Shown: positions 18,476 through 28,534, numbered from the stretch's first letter. The stretch: 64,000 nucleotides of DNA from Peptococcaceae bacterium BICA1-8 (GCA_000802045.1 JUEF01000018.1:3823-67822), one strand, 5' to 3'. Numbers and translations: made by a program. Notes: a model not told the origin generated them from the letters alone.

Positions 18476-19957
18476 TTGACTAGTCAAAGTTCATATGTCA
18501 GGGCAAATTACGAAGTGAATCAGACACCTCAGTTTAAGGTGTTGAGTAATGCTCAGTGTGAGGAAATTTATAATGGTGCCCTTGAAGCTTTGGAAAGAAC
18601 CGGTGCAGACGTTTACAGCAAAGAAGCATTGGAGATCTTTGCCAAGGGAGGATGCCGTGTAGAGGGTAATCGGGTTCGCTTCCCTTCACGGTTGGTGGAA
18701 TGGGCAGTAAGAACTGCTCCTTCTCGGATAGCCATTAGTGACCGTAACGGCAAACGCTCAATGTTTTTAGAAGGAGACAATGTTTATTATGGTCCAGGGC
18801 CAACCAACACTTATACCCTCGACCCGTTTACCAGCGAAAGAAGGAGACCCAAGATATCTGATACAGTTCGGGCAGGAATTGTCTGTGATGCTCTTCCCAA
18901 TATTGACTATGCTATGGATAATGGTACTCCTATGGACGTTACGCCTACTTTGGCTGACGTACATGGCTTTGAAGCTTTGGTAACTAATACTACCAAGCCA
19001 ATAATCCACTGGGGTTTCGGAGTTGACCAGTACCAGGATATTGTGGATATGGCAGCGGCAGTCCGGGGTGGTTTAAAGGAGCTGCAGAATAGCCCATTTA
19101 TTATTCTCTATTCCGAATCTAGTCCTCCACTGCGCCATTCAGATGAAGCTATTGATAAAGCCATCTTTGCGGCGAGAAATGATATTCCAATAATTTATAC
19201 TCCCTGTACTTTTGCTGGCGGTGTAGCTCCTGCTACCATGGCTGGTTCTATTTTAATCTCTGTGGCGGACAGTTTAGTGGGTCTAGTCGCTGGGCAATTA
19301 GTCCGTGAAGGCTCAAGCTTCATTATGGGCGGGTTAATTTCGACCATGGATATGTCCAGCAGTATTTTGGCTTATGGAGCGCCAGAGTTGAGCTTAATGT
19401 CGGCCGGGTTGTCCAATGTTGCTCGTTATTTACACATTCCATGTTTTAGCACTGGTGGCTGTACGGATTCAAAGGTTATTGATGCTCAGATGTCACTAGA
19501 AGCCGCTTTTTCCATTTTGGTTGGCGGACTCAGCGGAGCAAACATTATTCATGATTGCAACTACATGGAGTATGGAGCTACTGGTTCTCTGGAATTGATG
19601 GTAATGGATGATGAAATTATCGGCATGGTCAAGCGGATTTTACGTGGAATTGAAGTAAATGATGAAACCTTGGCTGTAGATGTTATAGATAATGTCGGAC
19701 CTGGGGGTCACTTCCTGGGTGAGGCCCATACCATGAAACATTTCAAAACCGAAACCTGGTGGCCGACTTTGATAAGCAGGATACGCTACGACGAGTGGAA
19801 AGCTACCGGAAGTAAGACTTTAGGACAACGAGTTAAGGAAAAGACCCAGGACATTATCAATAATCACAGAGCAGAACCTTTGCCGGAAAAAACACTGGCA
19901 GAAATTAAGGCTATCGTTGCAAGAGCAGAGGTCAGGGAAGCTGCCAAAAAAAGATAG
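18476..19957 (+). CDS. MttB-superfamily trimethylamine/quaternary-amine:corrinoid methyltransferase #1 (no pyrrolysine)
   Basis: TTG start after AAAGGAGAGG; family motifs GVAPATMAG, GAPELSL, GGCTDSKVIDAQ, DDEIIG, VGPGGHFLGEAHT; no in-frame TAG. Confidence 0.9.
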   Translation: MTSQSSYVRANYEVNQTPQFKVLSNAQCEEIYNGALEALERTGADVYSKEALEIFAKGGCRVEGNRVRFPSRLVEWAVRTAPSRIAISDRNGKRSMFLEGDNVYYGPGPTNTYTLDPFTSERRRPKISDTVRAGIVCDALPNIDYAMDNGTPMDVTPTLADVHGFEALVTNTTKPIIHWGFGVDQYQDIVDMAAAVRGGLKELQNSPFIILYSESSPPLRHSDEAIDKAIFAARNDIPIIYTPCTFAGGVAPATMAGSILISVADSLVGLVAGQLVREGSSFIMGGLISTMDMSSSILAYGAPELSLMSAGLSNVARYLHIPCFSTGGCTDSKVIDAQMSLEAAFSILVGGLSGANIIHDCNYMEYGATGSLELMVMDDEIIGMVKRILRGIEVNDETLAVDVIDNVGPGGHFLGEAHTMKHFKTETWWPTLISRIRYDEWKATGSKTLGQRVKEKTQDIINNHRAEPLPEKTLAEIKAIVARAEVREAAKKR

Positions 19958-19986
19958 AAAATAACTATTGAAATGGAGGAAAAATA

Positions 19987-20619
19987 ATGGCTAACTTTGA
20001 ACAATTGTCCAACAGTGTGATCACTGGTAATGAAGCACAAGTAAAAGATTTAACCAAAAACTTTATAGACAGCGGTGTTGATCCGCTGGACATTATCAAT
20101 AAAGGCCTAATTGGGGGCATGGCAGTTGTTGGCGCCCGTTTTAAAAACGGCGAAATGTATGTGCCTGAAGTATTGATGTCAGCAAGAGCTATGAATGCTG
20201 GTCTGGCTATAGTTAAGCCTTTGATTGCTGAGTGCGACCTTCCTTCAGCGGGCAAGGTAGTGATTGGTACTGTCAAAGGTGACCTACATGACATCGGGAA
20301 GAACCTGGTGGGCATGTTGATGGAGAGTGCAGGAATTGTAGTCGTCAATCTGGGTGTGGATGTTTCACCGGAAAAATTTGTTCAAGCGGTAAAAGAGCAT
20401 AAACCAGATATTATTGCCATGTCAGCGCTTTTGACCACTACCATGCTGTCCATGAAAGACACAATCGAGGTATTAAAGGAAGAGGGCCTTAGGGATAAAG
20501 TGAAAGTAATCGTTGGTGGTGCACCTATCTCCAATGATTTTGCTGAGGAAATTGGCGCTGACGGATTTGCTCCAGATGCAGCTTCAGCTACGGACCTCTG
20601 TAAGCGACTCATTAGCTAA
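19987..20619 (+). CDS. Corrinoid (B12-binding) protein #1, MttC/MtgC-like
   Basis: YVPEVLMSARAM cap; GTVKGDLHDIGKNLV (DxHxxG); SALLTTT; IVGGAP. Confidence 0.95.
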   Translation: MANFEQLSNSVITGNEAQVKDLTKNFIDSGVDPLDIINKGLIGGMAVVGARFKNGEMYVPEVLMSARAMNAGLAIVKPLIAECDLPSAGKVVIGTVKGDLHDIGKNLVGMLMESAGIVVVNLGVDVSPEKFVQAVKEHKPDIIAMSALLTTTMLSMKDTIEVLKEEGLRDKVKVIVGGAPISNDFAEEIGADGFAPDAASATDLCKRLIS

Positions 20620-20646
20620 ACTTATGGTAAGAAAGGAGAGATTTTA

Positions 20647-22113
20647 GTGAGAACTAGAAGTAACTATAAAGCAAATGCCAGCACCATGTTGAGCATTCTC
20701 TCCCCTAGCCAGTGTGAAGAGATATTATTGGCTGCTCAGGAGGTACTGGAGCGTACTGGTGTTACTTATCATGATGATGAGGCTTTGCAAATAATGAAAA
20801 AGGCTGGCTGCCATGTAGATGGAAACCGAGTTAGGATACCTTCATACCTGGTTGACCGGGCATTGCGAACCGTACCTCATAGGGTAACTTTGTGTAACAG
20901 CCGTACTGGTTCCCGAGATGTGCTTTTGGAAGGTAATAATGCTTATTTCGGTACAGGATCAGATACGCCGTTTACCATAGATCCCTTTACTGGTGAGAGA
21001 AAGCGTTCTACTAAAGAATCGGTAGGGTGGGCATGTAAAGTTATTGATGCACTACCAAACCTTGATTTTGTCATGTCTTTGGGGATTGTCCAAAATGTAC
21101 CGTTATTGATTTCTGATAGGTATCAGTTTGAAACACAGGTATTAAACACTAGTAAGCCTATTGTTACTACCGCCCACGATATTTACGGTTTTGCTGACAT
21201 TATTGAAATGTGTGAAATTATTGTTGGTGGCGAAGAAGAACTGCGCAAAAACCCAATTATGACCCTTTATGCGGAACCGATTTCACCTTTGCAGCATGCT
21301 TGGGAAGCTGCTTCCAAATTAATTTTGGCTGCTAAAAAGGCCCTTCCTGTAGTATATACGCCATGCGTTATGGCTGGAGGTACAGTTCCGTCAACAATGG
21401 CTGGGGTATTGACCAACGGTTTAGCAGAAAGCCTTAGCGGATTGGTTTTACACCAAAACACCCGTGAAGGTGCACCATTTATTATGGGTGGCGTATTTAC
21501 CGTAATGGATATGAGTACTACTATTTTCTCCTATGGCTCACCGGAATTCAACCTGTTGATGTCTGCATTGGCTGATATGGCCCATTACCTGAAGCTGCCC
21601 ATGTTTGGGACTGCTGGTTGCACTGATTCATGTAGTTGTGACGAACAAGCAGGGATTGAAGCAGCATTGTCTATCGCTATGACCGCAATGTCAGGACCCA
21701 ACTTAAACCACGATGTGGGTTATGTGGAGTATGGTTCTACGGCAAGCCTGGAGCTTTTGACTATTTCAGACGATATTATTGGTATGGCCAGAAGGTTAGT
21801 CCGGGGGATTCGGGTGGATGATGAAACATTGGCTATCGATTTGATTGATAAGGTTGGTCCAGGAGGACACTTCCTAGCAGAAGATCATACCTTAAAGCAT
21901 TTTAAGACCGAAACCTGGTATCCGAAGCTGATTAACAGGCAGCGTTATGAAATGTGGCAGGCTGCAGGCAGTAAGACTTTGACTGAAATGGCTAACGAAA
22001 AAGTAAAAGATATCATCTTGAATTATGAACCAGATCCGCTGCCTAAAGATATACAACAAAAGATTAGAGCGATTGTTGAGCGGGCAGAAAGCAAACTGAA
22101 TTCGGTTGTATAA
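20647..22113 (+). CDS. MttB-superfamily methyltransferase #2 (no pyrrolysine)
   Basis: Paralog of #1 (SQCEEI...LERTG, GTVPSTMAG, GCTDS, VGPGGHFLAEDHT); no in-frame TAG. Confidence 0.9.
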   Translation: MRTRSNYKANASTMLSILSPSQCEEILLAAQEVLERTGVTYHDDEALQIMKKAGCHVDGNRVRIPSYLVDRALRTVPHRVTLCNSRTGSRDVLLEGNNAYFGTGSDTPFTIDPFTGERKRSTKESVGWACKVIDALPNLDFVMSLGIVQNVPLLISDRYQFETQVLNTSKPIVTTAHDIYGFADIIEMCEIIVGGEEELRKNPIMTLYAEPISPLQHAWEAASKLILAAKKALPVVYTPCVMAGGTVPSTMAGVLTNGLAESLSGLVLHQNTREGAPFIMGGVFTVMDMSTTIFSYGSPEFNLLMSALADMAHYLKLPMFGTAGCTDSCSCDEQAGIEAALSIAMTAMSGPNLNHDVGYVEYGSTASLELLTISDDIIGMARRLVRGIRVDDETLAIDLIDKVGPGGHFLAEDHTLKHFKTETWYPKLINRQRYEMWQAAGSKTLTEMANEKVKDIILNYEPDPLPKDIQQKIRAIVERAESKLNSVV

Positions 22114-22241
22114 GGTAAAAAGATTTAGTGGTTGCCTGCTTTTTAGGCAACCCTTAATTGCAGCTGATATTACCTGCTAGGATGCAGAGATAATCCTGAT
22201 TCTGAAGCCAATTCATAAAGTTATGCTTAGGAGGAAGTAAC

Positions 22242-24233
22242 ATGTCATTAGTGTTGGGCATAGATACCGGAGGAACCTATACTGACGGAGTAATTTTGGA
22301 ACCGGGGAGCCAAATAATTAAAACTAAAGCTAAAGCACTGACTACCAGAGAAGATTTAACTGTTGGTATCAGAAGCTGCATCAAGGCTTTACGGTTTGAA
22401 GATTTAAAGTCGATCAAGATGGTTGCGCTCTCTACAACTTTGGCGACTAATGCTATTGTAGAAGGCCGCGGTTCGGAAGTGGGTTTAATACTAATTGGGC
22501 ATGAACCAGTTAAGAGTCTCCCTGTACAGCATTATACTGTTTTAGAGGGGGGGCATGATATTAAAGGCAAGCCTCTGGCTAATCTTGATTTAAAAGCAGC
22601 TCGCGAGTCCATTAGTGGGTTTAGAGGTAAAGTTGGCGCTTTGGCTGTATCTGGATATCTAAGTATCCGTAACCCAGAACATGAACTAATAATACGGGAT
22701 TTAGTTCAAGAGATTTTAGAAGTTCCGGTAGTCTGTGCTCATCAGCTTACTACTTCTCTTGGTTTTCATGAGCGTTCAGTCACAGCGGTCCTTAACGCTA
22801 AATTAATTCCGATTATCGCTGATTTGATCGAATCAGTCAAACTAGTCTTAGCGGAAATGGGTATCCAAGCGCCATTGATGCTTGTTAAGGGCGATGGCAG
22901 TCTTATGAGTGAAACTATGGCTCGGGAAAAACCAATTGAGACTATACTATCAGGTCCTGCTGCCAGCATTATTGGAGCCACCTTTATTACTGCAGTGGAG
23001 GAAGCATTAGTTCTGGATATGGGGGGGACGACTACCGATATTGCCATCCTGCAGGAAGGCATACCGAGGGTAAATAAGGAAGGCGCGATGGTAGGCGGCT
23101 GGCTTACCAGAGTCCAAGCTGCAGAAATCAATACCTATGGTTTGGGTGGGGATAGTTATCTGCAAGTTACAAAAGATAAAAGGCTGATTATTGGTCCCCA
23201 ACGGGTTTGGCCCCTGTCAGTTGTGGCTTCTAGTTATCCCTATTTAGTTAGTGAATTGCAGGAGCATGCAGAAAATGAGCGGGATCTATTATTTGCCCAG
23301 TCTACTGACTGTTTTATGCTTTTAAAACAAACAGTAGCGGAGGAACTGACGTCTACGGAAGAGGAAATTATCAGGCTTCTTAAAACGCCCCACTCACTTT
23401 TTTATCTAGCTAAAAAGCTTGGTAAGGACCCCAATTTGATTAACCCTGAGCGCTTGGTTAATCTTGGGGTGTTAGCAAGAGTATCGGTAACTCCTACAGA
23501 CATTCTCCATGCTAACGGTTCATATATTGAGTGGAATCAGGAGGCCTCACGGCTGGGAATAAAAATTTTGGCTAAGCGGCTAGGAAAAAGTGACCAAGAT
23601 TTTCTGGAATTTGCAATGGAATGCATAATTAAGAATTTGTGCCTGGCAATAATACAAAGTGTTATCAACTTTGAAGGAAAGACTCTTTGGCTTAAAGAAA
23701 GCTCAGACGCGATGTACTTCATTGATAAAGTTTTAAATCCAAAGGTTAATGATTCACTAGAGATGAACGTTAAGATTAAATTTCCAATAATAGCAATTGG
23801 TGCGCCTGTCGAGGCTTACCTACCACAAGTAGCCGAAAGATTGCATACGGAGTTGATTATTCCACAGCATGCGGAAATAGCCAACGCTATTGGAGCAGCT
23901 ACCGGTAAAGTGGTGGAAAAGGTTAAGCTTCTGATTAAGCCTGGAGCTGAGGGCGGGTTTATCCTTCACGCTCCTTGGGAGCGCAAGGGTTTTATATATT
24001 TACAAGATGCCAGCGACTACGGGCTGGACCAAGCACAAAAACAAGCTATTTTTGCTGCTGAAAAAGCGGGAGCAGCCGATTATCAGCTAATAGTGAATTG
24101 TAATGATATTTATACTACTGCAGGAACCAGTTGGAAACATGATATCTATGTTGAGACAAGGATAGAAGTAATTGCAATAGGGCGTCCCAAATGGGAGGAT
24201 AACGGAGTAAAGGATAAATTTTTTGTACTTTAG
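22242..24233 (+). CDS. Hydantoinase/oxoprolinase A-type (ASKHA ATPase) protein, stand-alone
   Basis: LGIDTGGTYTD, STTLATNAIVEG, TILSGPAAS, DMGGTTTDIA, GLGGDS, ANAIGAA; no B subunit gene in the window. Confidence 0.88.
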   Translation: MSLVLGIDTGGTYTDGVILEPGSQIIKTKAKALTTREDLTVGIRSCIKALRFEDLKSIKMVALSTTLATNAIVEGRGSEVGLILIGHEPVKSLPVQHYTVLEGGHDIKGKPLANLDLKAARESISGFRGKVGALAVSGYLSIRNPEHELIIRDLVQEILEVPVVCAHQLTTSLGFHERSVTAVLNAKLIPIIADLIESVKLVLAEMGIQAPLMLVKGDGSLMSETMAREKPIETILSGPAASIIGATFITAVEEALVLDMGGTTTDIAILQEGIPRVNKEGAMVGGWLTRVQAAEINTYGLGGDSYLQVTKDKRLIIGPQRVWPLSVVASSYPYLVSELQEHAENERDLLFAQSTDCFMLLKQTVAEELTSTEEEIIRLLKTPHSLFYLAKKLGKDPNLINPERLVNLGVLARVSVTPTDILHANGSYIEWNQEASRLGIKILAKRLGKSDQDFLEFAMECIIKNLCLAIIQSVINFEGKTLWLKESSDAMYFIDKVLNPKVNDSLEMNVKIKFPIIAIGAPVEAYLPQVAERLHTELIIPQHAEIANAIGAATGKVVEKVKLLIKPGAEGGFILHAPWERKGFIYLQDASDYGLDQAQKQAIFAAEKAGAADYQLIVNCNDIYTTAGTSWKHDIYVETRIEVIAIGRPKWEDNGVKDKFFVL

Positions 24234-24346
24234 TTGGGGACATTCCTCAAAAAGGAACACCTTCATTAGAAGTGTGTCCCCTTACATTCGTTGGGGACAT
24301 TCCTCAAAAAGGACCACATTCATTAGAGGTGTGTCCCCTTACCTTA
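24233..24346. repeat. Two tandem 57-bp REP-like units bounded by GGGGACA...TGTCCCC
   Basis: gttggggacattcctcaaaaagga(a/c)cac(c/a)ttcattaga(a/g)gtgtgtcccctta…, copies at 24233 and 24290. Confidence 0.75.
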
Positions 24347-24363
24347 TTAGAGGAGGAAATAAC

Positions 24364-25173
24364 ATGATCATAGTTGGTGAATTGATCAATACCAGCAGAA
24401 AAGCTATCAAGCCGGCCGTAGATAGTAGGGACGAAGCTTTTATTAAAGAAATGGCCCAGAAACAAGTGGATGCGGGTGCTGACTATGTTGACGTCAATTG
24501 CGGTACCATGGTATTCAATGAGCCGGAAACAATGGCTTGGTTAGTTGAGACTATTCAGTCCCAGGTTACCACACCGTTGTGTCTAGACAGCCCCAATCCC
24601 AAGGCAATTGAGGTTGGATTATCCCTGGTGAAGTACGGCCAGCCCATGATTAACTCGATTACGGCTGAAAAGGAACGGTTTCAGCAGATTCTCCCTTTAG
24701 TGACCAAGTATAAGACTAAAATTGTGGCTTTATGTATGGATGATTCTGGAATGCCGGAAACGGCCGCGGATCGGCTGGAAATTGCAAAAAGGCTTGTTGG
24801 GGATTTAACTAGTGCGGGAGTGGCAGAAGACGACATTTATCTTGACCCTCTGGTCAAACCGGTCAGCACCGGTGATAGGGCTGGGATGGAAGTTCTTGAA
24901 ACCATTTATGGAATTAAAGAGATTTATCCCAATGTTCATGGTATTTGCGGTTTAAGCAATATCTCATATGGCTTGCCCAACAGAAAGATTTTAAACCAAG
25001 CTTTCATGATTCAAACCATGGCGATGGGGATGGATGCGTATATCTTAGATCCGCTAGACAAGGTGATGATGGGGTTTGTCCATGCTTCCCAAGCTTTGTT
25101 GGGTAAGGATGAGTACTGTATGAAGTATCTTACTGCCCATCGTAAAGGACTTTTTGAAGTTCCCTGTGGGTAA
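24364..25173 (+). CDS. Methyltetrahydrofolate:corrinoid methyltransferase (AcsE/MtqA-like pterin-binding)
   Basis: MIIVGELINTSRK, ADYVDVNCG, LCLDSPNP, INSIT, YLDPLV, GLSNISYGLPNR; true start ATG 24364 after GAGGAGG. Confidence 0.92.
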   Translation: MIIVGELINTSRKAIKPAVDSRDEAFIKEMAQKQVDAGADYVDVNCGTMVFNEPETMAWLVETIQSQVTTPLCLDSPNPKAIEVGLSLVKYGQPMINSITAEKERFQQILPLVTKYKTKIVALCMDDSGMPETAADRLEIAKRLVGDLTSAGVAEDDIYLDPLVKPVSTGDRAGMEVLETIYGIKEIYPNVHGICGLSNISYGLPNRKILNQAFMIQTMAMGMDAYILDPLDKVMMGFVHASQALLGKDEYCMKYLTAHRKGLFEVPCG

Positions 25174-25190
25174 TAGAAGGAGGGGCTAGA

Positions 25191-26612
25191 ATGCCTGAGC
25201 CTTGTTGGAGTGTGTTAGAGGTAAAAGATATTGAATTAATCCATGAAACTACATTAGCTATTTTGGGAAATACTGGGATTGAGGTCCGGTATGAACCAGC
25301 TTTAGAAATTTTTAAAAAGGCAGGTGCCCGGATAGAGGGGCAGCGTGTTTTCTTGTCGTCAAAATTGATTGAAACCGAACTTAAAAATGCACCGAGACAG
25401 TTTACATTATTTGCCCGTAACTCGGCAAAAAATGTGAAGATTGGTGGTGCACACACTGTACTTGTTCCAGGTTACGGAGCACCTTTCGTGACTGATAAGG
25501 AAAGGGGAAAACGCAAAGCTACATTTCTTGATTATGAGAATTTCGCCAAATTAGCCGGGGCAAGTCTTAATCTGAGCATGACTGGTGGGGTACTAGTCGA
25601 ACCAAATGATCTTCCCAATGAAATCAGAGCTGCTAAAATGATTTATGGGTGTATAAAAAACTCGGATAAATGCTTTATGGGCAGTGCTTCAGGTTCACAG
25701 AAAGCTCAGGAGAGCATTTCCATGGTGCAGATTTTGTTTGGACCTGAGCATTCTATAGTAGAAAAACCGGCTTTAATAAGTTTGATTAATACTATTACAC
25801 CGTTAATTCTTGATGAACGGATGTTAGGTGCCTTAATGGAATATGCAAAATCAGGTCAGGCTGTGATCGTTGCTTCTCTTGGTATGGCTGGTGCTACCTC
25901 GCCTTCTTCTCTTGCGGGCACTTTAGCAATACAAAATGCAGAAATACTAACTGGTATTGTGCTGGCGCAACTGGTCAGACCTGGGGCTCCGGTGGTCTAC
26001 GGGGCGGCCTCTTCCATTACAGAGATGAGATATGGTTCTCTTGCCATTGGAGCACCCGAAACCTCTTTAATTACCAGTGGATCAGCACAGTTAGCTGCTT
26101 ATTATGGCTTACCATCTAGGGGTGGCGGAGCGATTAGTGATTCTAAAATTCCTGATGCCCAGTCCGGTTGGGAGTCAATGATGAACCTGCTAACAACGGT
26201 AAAAAGCGGTATCAATTTTGTGCTGCATGCTGCTGGGATTCTCGAGTATTACATGACCATGTCTTACGAAAAATTCATTATGGATGATGAATTATGCGGT
26301 ATGGTTTTAAGAATAAAAAAAGGAATTGAAGTAAACGAAGCTACTCTTGCTCTACCGGTAATAGCGAAGGTTGGTCCAGGTGGACATTTTCTAGACCAGG
26401 ATCACACCTTACACACATACAAGAAGGAGTTTTGGAGGCCGGGTATTAGTCATAGGGGCACCTACGACCACTGGAAAATGAAAGGGTCACCTACAGCCCT
26501 TGAGGAAAGTGGGAAGAAATACCGGCAGATATTGGATGAATACCAGCCACCTCAACTTGATGCAAGTATTGACCGCAGTCTTCAAGCCTTTATTAAAGCA
26601 ATTGAGAATTGA
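25191..26612 (+). CDS. MttB-superfamily methyltransferase #3 (MtgB-like subgroup, no pyrrolysine)
   Basis: PGYGAPFV, INTITPL, GATSPSSLAGTL-IQNAEIL, LPSRGGGAISDSKIPDAQSGWES, HAAGILE, VGPGGHFL; clearly diverged from #1 and #2. Confidence 0.9.
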   Translation: MPEPCWSVLEVKDIELIHETTLAILGNTGIEVRYEPALEIFKKAGARIEGQRVFLSSKLIETELKNAPRQFTLFARNSAKNVKIGGAHTVLVPGYGAPFVTDKERGKRKATFLDYENFAKLAGASLNLSMTGGVLVEPNDLPNEIRAAKMIYGCIKNSDKCFMGSASGSQKAQESISMVQILFGPEHSIVEKPALISLINTITPLILDERMLGALMEYAKSGQAVIVASLGMAGATSPSSLAGTLAIQNAEILTGIVLAQLVRPGAPVVYGAASSITEMRYGSLAIGAPETSLITSGSAQLAAYYGLPSRGGGAISDSKIPDAQSGWESMMNLLTTVKSGINFVLHAAGILEYYMTMSYEKFIMDDELCGMVLRIKKGIEVNEATLALPVIAKVGPGGHFLDQDHTLHTYKKEFWRPGISHRGTYDHWKMKGSPTALEESGKKYRQILDEYQPPQLDASIDRSLQAFIKAIEN

Positions 26613-26679
26613 AAATTGAAAATTGAGAATTAAAAAAACAATTGTTCATTCTCCATTCTCAACTCTCCATTCTCCATTA
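26602..26679. repeat. Heptamer tandem repeats in inverted arrangement
   Basis: (TTGA[G/A]AA)x4 at 26602-26629, then (TCCATTC-like)x5 at 26645-26679. Confidence 0.7.
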
Positions 26680-26704
26680 TAAAATCCGGGGGGGCGGGCT
26701 AACC

Positions 26705-28534
26705 ATGAAAAATTTTAAAGTAAAGGTTTTACCTACAGGTATGGAACTGTCTGTAACCCAAGGCAATACGTTGATGAAAGCATTGATTGAAGCGGGCATT
26801 TATATAGAAGGCCCCTGTGGCGGACGTGGTACCTGTGGTAAATGTAAAATTGAAGTGGCTAGCCTTGATACTGAAATAACAAAACTTGAGGAAATAAGTA
26901 ATATTAGAGGTGAAAGTAAATTAGCCTGTCGCTTAGAGGTAGATCGGAATATGGTAGTGGTAGTGCCTCAGGCCAAAGTAGAAGAAAGCCGCAAGAGTCT
27001 GCTTCAAACAGAATTAGCAAGCTATGGGCGCCAGGGTAGGCTTGTAAAGTTTACTATTATAGTTCCGGTGCCATCTTTGGAAAAGCCGGCTTCCGATCAG
27101 GAAAGATTATGGGGCGCTTTGCATGAGGGTATTTCATATCCCATGAAGGTTGAAGCATTACGCATACTTCCGGATATGCTTCGCAAAAATAAACACATCA
27201 TTACTGTGGTTGCCCGTAAGGGTGAAGTAGTTGCACTTGAAGCAGGGGATACCACCCTTGAACTGTATGGAATTGCTTTCGACATTGGAACGACCACCCT
27301 GGTTGGTTCCCTCATTAATCTCTTGACTGGAGAGGTTTTGGCAACTCAATCGGAGGGAAATCCGCAGCGGGTCTATGGTGCAGATGTTATTTCCCGGATA
27401 TCCTATGTAGATAATGAGGATCAGGGGCTCTATACATTGCAGTCCAAGGTAATAACTGCTTTAAATGAGATAGTTTCCAAGTTGTCTGAAGATGCAGGGA
27501 TAAAAAAAGAAAGCATATATGAAATTACTATAGTAGGTAATACCACAATGACCCACTTGCTGCTTGGAGTTTGCCCAGTATATCTAGCTAGAGCTCCGTA
27601 CGTACCTGCTTTTAAAACAGTGGCAGACATTAGGGCTCAGGAATTGGGCTTAAAGATCAACCCGGAAGGTTACTGTGTTATTGTTCCCAATATTGCGGGT
27701 TTTGTAGGTGCGGATACTGTAGGGGTTATACTGGCTACGGGTTTGGACAAAAGTAGGGAGCTGAGACTGGCAATAGATATCGGGACAAATGGGGAATTGG
27801 TATTGGGTTCCGAAAAAGGGCTTTATGCTTGTTCAACTGCCGCTGGACCAGCCTTTGAAGGTGCTCAAATCAAGTTTGGGATGCGTGCAGCTCCTGGTGC
27901 AATTGAGAGAGTGGACATCACCGGGGATGTAAGGCTGCAAACCATTAATTCGTTACCTGCGGTAGGTATCTGCGGTTCGGGAGTGATCGATGCAGTGGCA
28001 GAAATGCTTAAGGCAGGTGTAATCGATTATACCGGTCGGATTACCGATCCGGAAGGGGCTATAGATCTTCCTGTTCAGATTCGGAAGCGAATTGTCCCTG
28101 GAGCCAGCGGTTTTGATTTTATTCTGGACTATTGCGAAGGGAATGGACTGGATGAAGACCTGCTAATTACCCAAAAGGATATCCGGGAATTGCAATTAGC
28201 AAAAGGTGCTATTCTGGCGGGAATTCAAGTGCTTCTAGAAGAGCTTGGTGTTCGAGAACAGGATATTACTAAGATTTTGCTAGCAGGTGCATTTGGCACC
28301 TATATCAGGAAGGAAAGCGCATGGCGAATTGGACTAGTTCCTAATTTGGACCTTGAGAGAATTCGCGCTGTAGGTAATGCCGCAGGAGTTGGTTCTCAGC
28401 TTGTCCTTATCTCCGAAGATGCAAGAGTGAGAGCCTGGAGGATAGCCGACAGCGTTAAATACATTGAACTTTCAGCACGAAAAGATTTTCAGGATAAATT
28501 TATGGAGGCTATCTACTTTCCGCAATTCAGGTAG
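26705..28534 (+). CDS. ASKHA-domain corrinoid reductive activator (RamA/RACE family) with N-terminal 2Fe-2S ferredoxin
   Basis: PCGGRGTCGKC...LAC; DIGTTT, GADVISRI, DIGTNGE, AGPAFEG, GICGSG, IRELQLAKGAI, AGAFG, GNAA; ATG at 26705. Confidence 0.92.
   Translation: MKNFKVKVLPTGMELSVTQGNTLMKALIEAGIYIEGPCGGRGTCGKCKIEVASLDTEITKLEEISNIRGESKLACRLEVDRNMVVVVPQAKVEESRKSLLQTELASYGRQGRLVKFTIIVPVPSLEKPASDQERLWGALHEGISYPMKVEALRILPDMLRKNKHIITVVARKGEVVALEAGDTTLELYGIAFDIGTTTLVGSLINLLTGEVLATQSEGNPQRVYGADVISRISYVDNEDQGLYTLQSKVITALNEIVSKLSEDAGIKKESIYEITIVGNTTMTHLLLGVCPVYLARAPYVPAFKTVADIRAQELGLKINPEGYCVIVPNIAGFVGADTVGVILATGLDKSRELRLAIDIGTNGELVLGSEKGLYACSTAAGPAFEGAQIKFGMRAAPGAIERVDITGDVRLQTINSLPAVGICGSGVIDAVAEMLKAGVIDYTGRITDPEGAIDLPVQIRKRIVPGASGFDFILDYCEGNGLDEDLLITQKDIRELQLAKGAILAGIQVLLEELGVREQDITKILLAGAFGTYIRKESAWRIGLVPNLDLERIRAVGNAAGVGSQLVLISEDARVRAWRIADSVKYIELSARKDFQDKFMEAIYFPQFR

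Noticed and set aside
24233-24346. Possible mini-CRISPR array
   Set aside because: Only two directly adjacent 57-bp units, no unique spacers and no cas genes; better explained as a REP-like duplication.
24223-24363. N-terminal extension of the methyl-THF methyltransferase in the ORF track
   Set aside because: It is the translated 57-bp repeat; the family N-terminus (MIIVGELIN) and a strong RBS place the start at 24364.
18476-26612. Pyrrolysine-dependent trimethylamine methyltransferase
   Set aside because: None of the three MttB ORFs has an in-frame TAG, all are full length, and no pyl genes are in the window.
26642-26704. N-terminal extension of the RACE ORF (MFILHSQLSILH...)
   Set aside because: It is the translated heptamer repeat; the ATG at 26705 matches the ferredoxin domain start.
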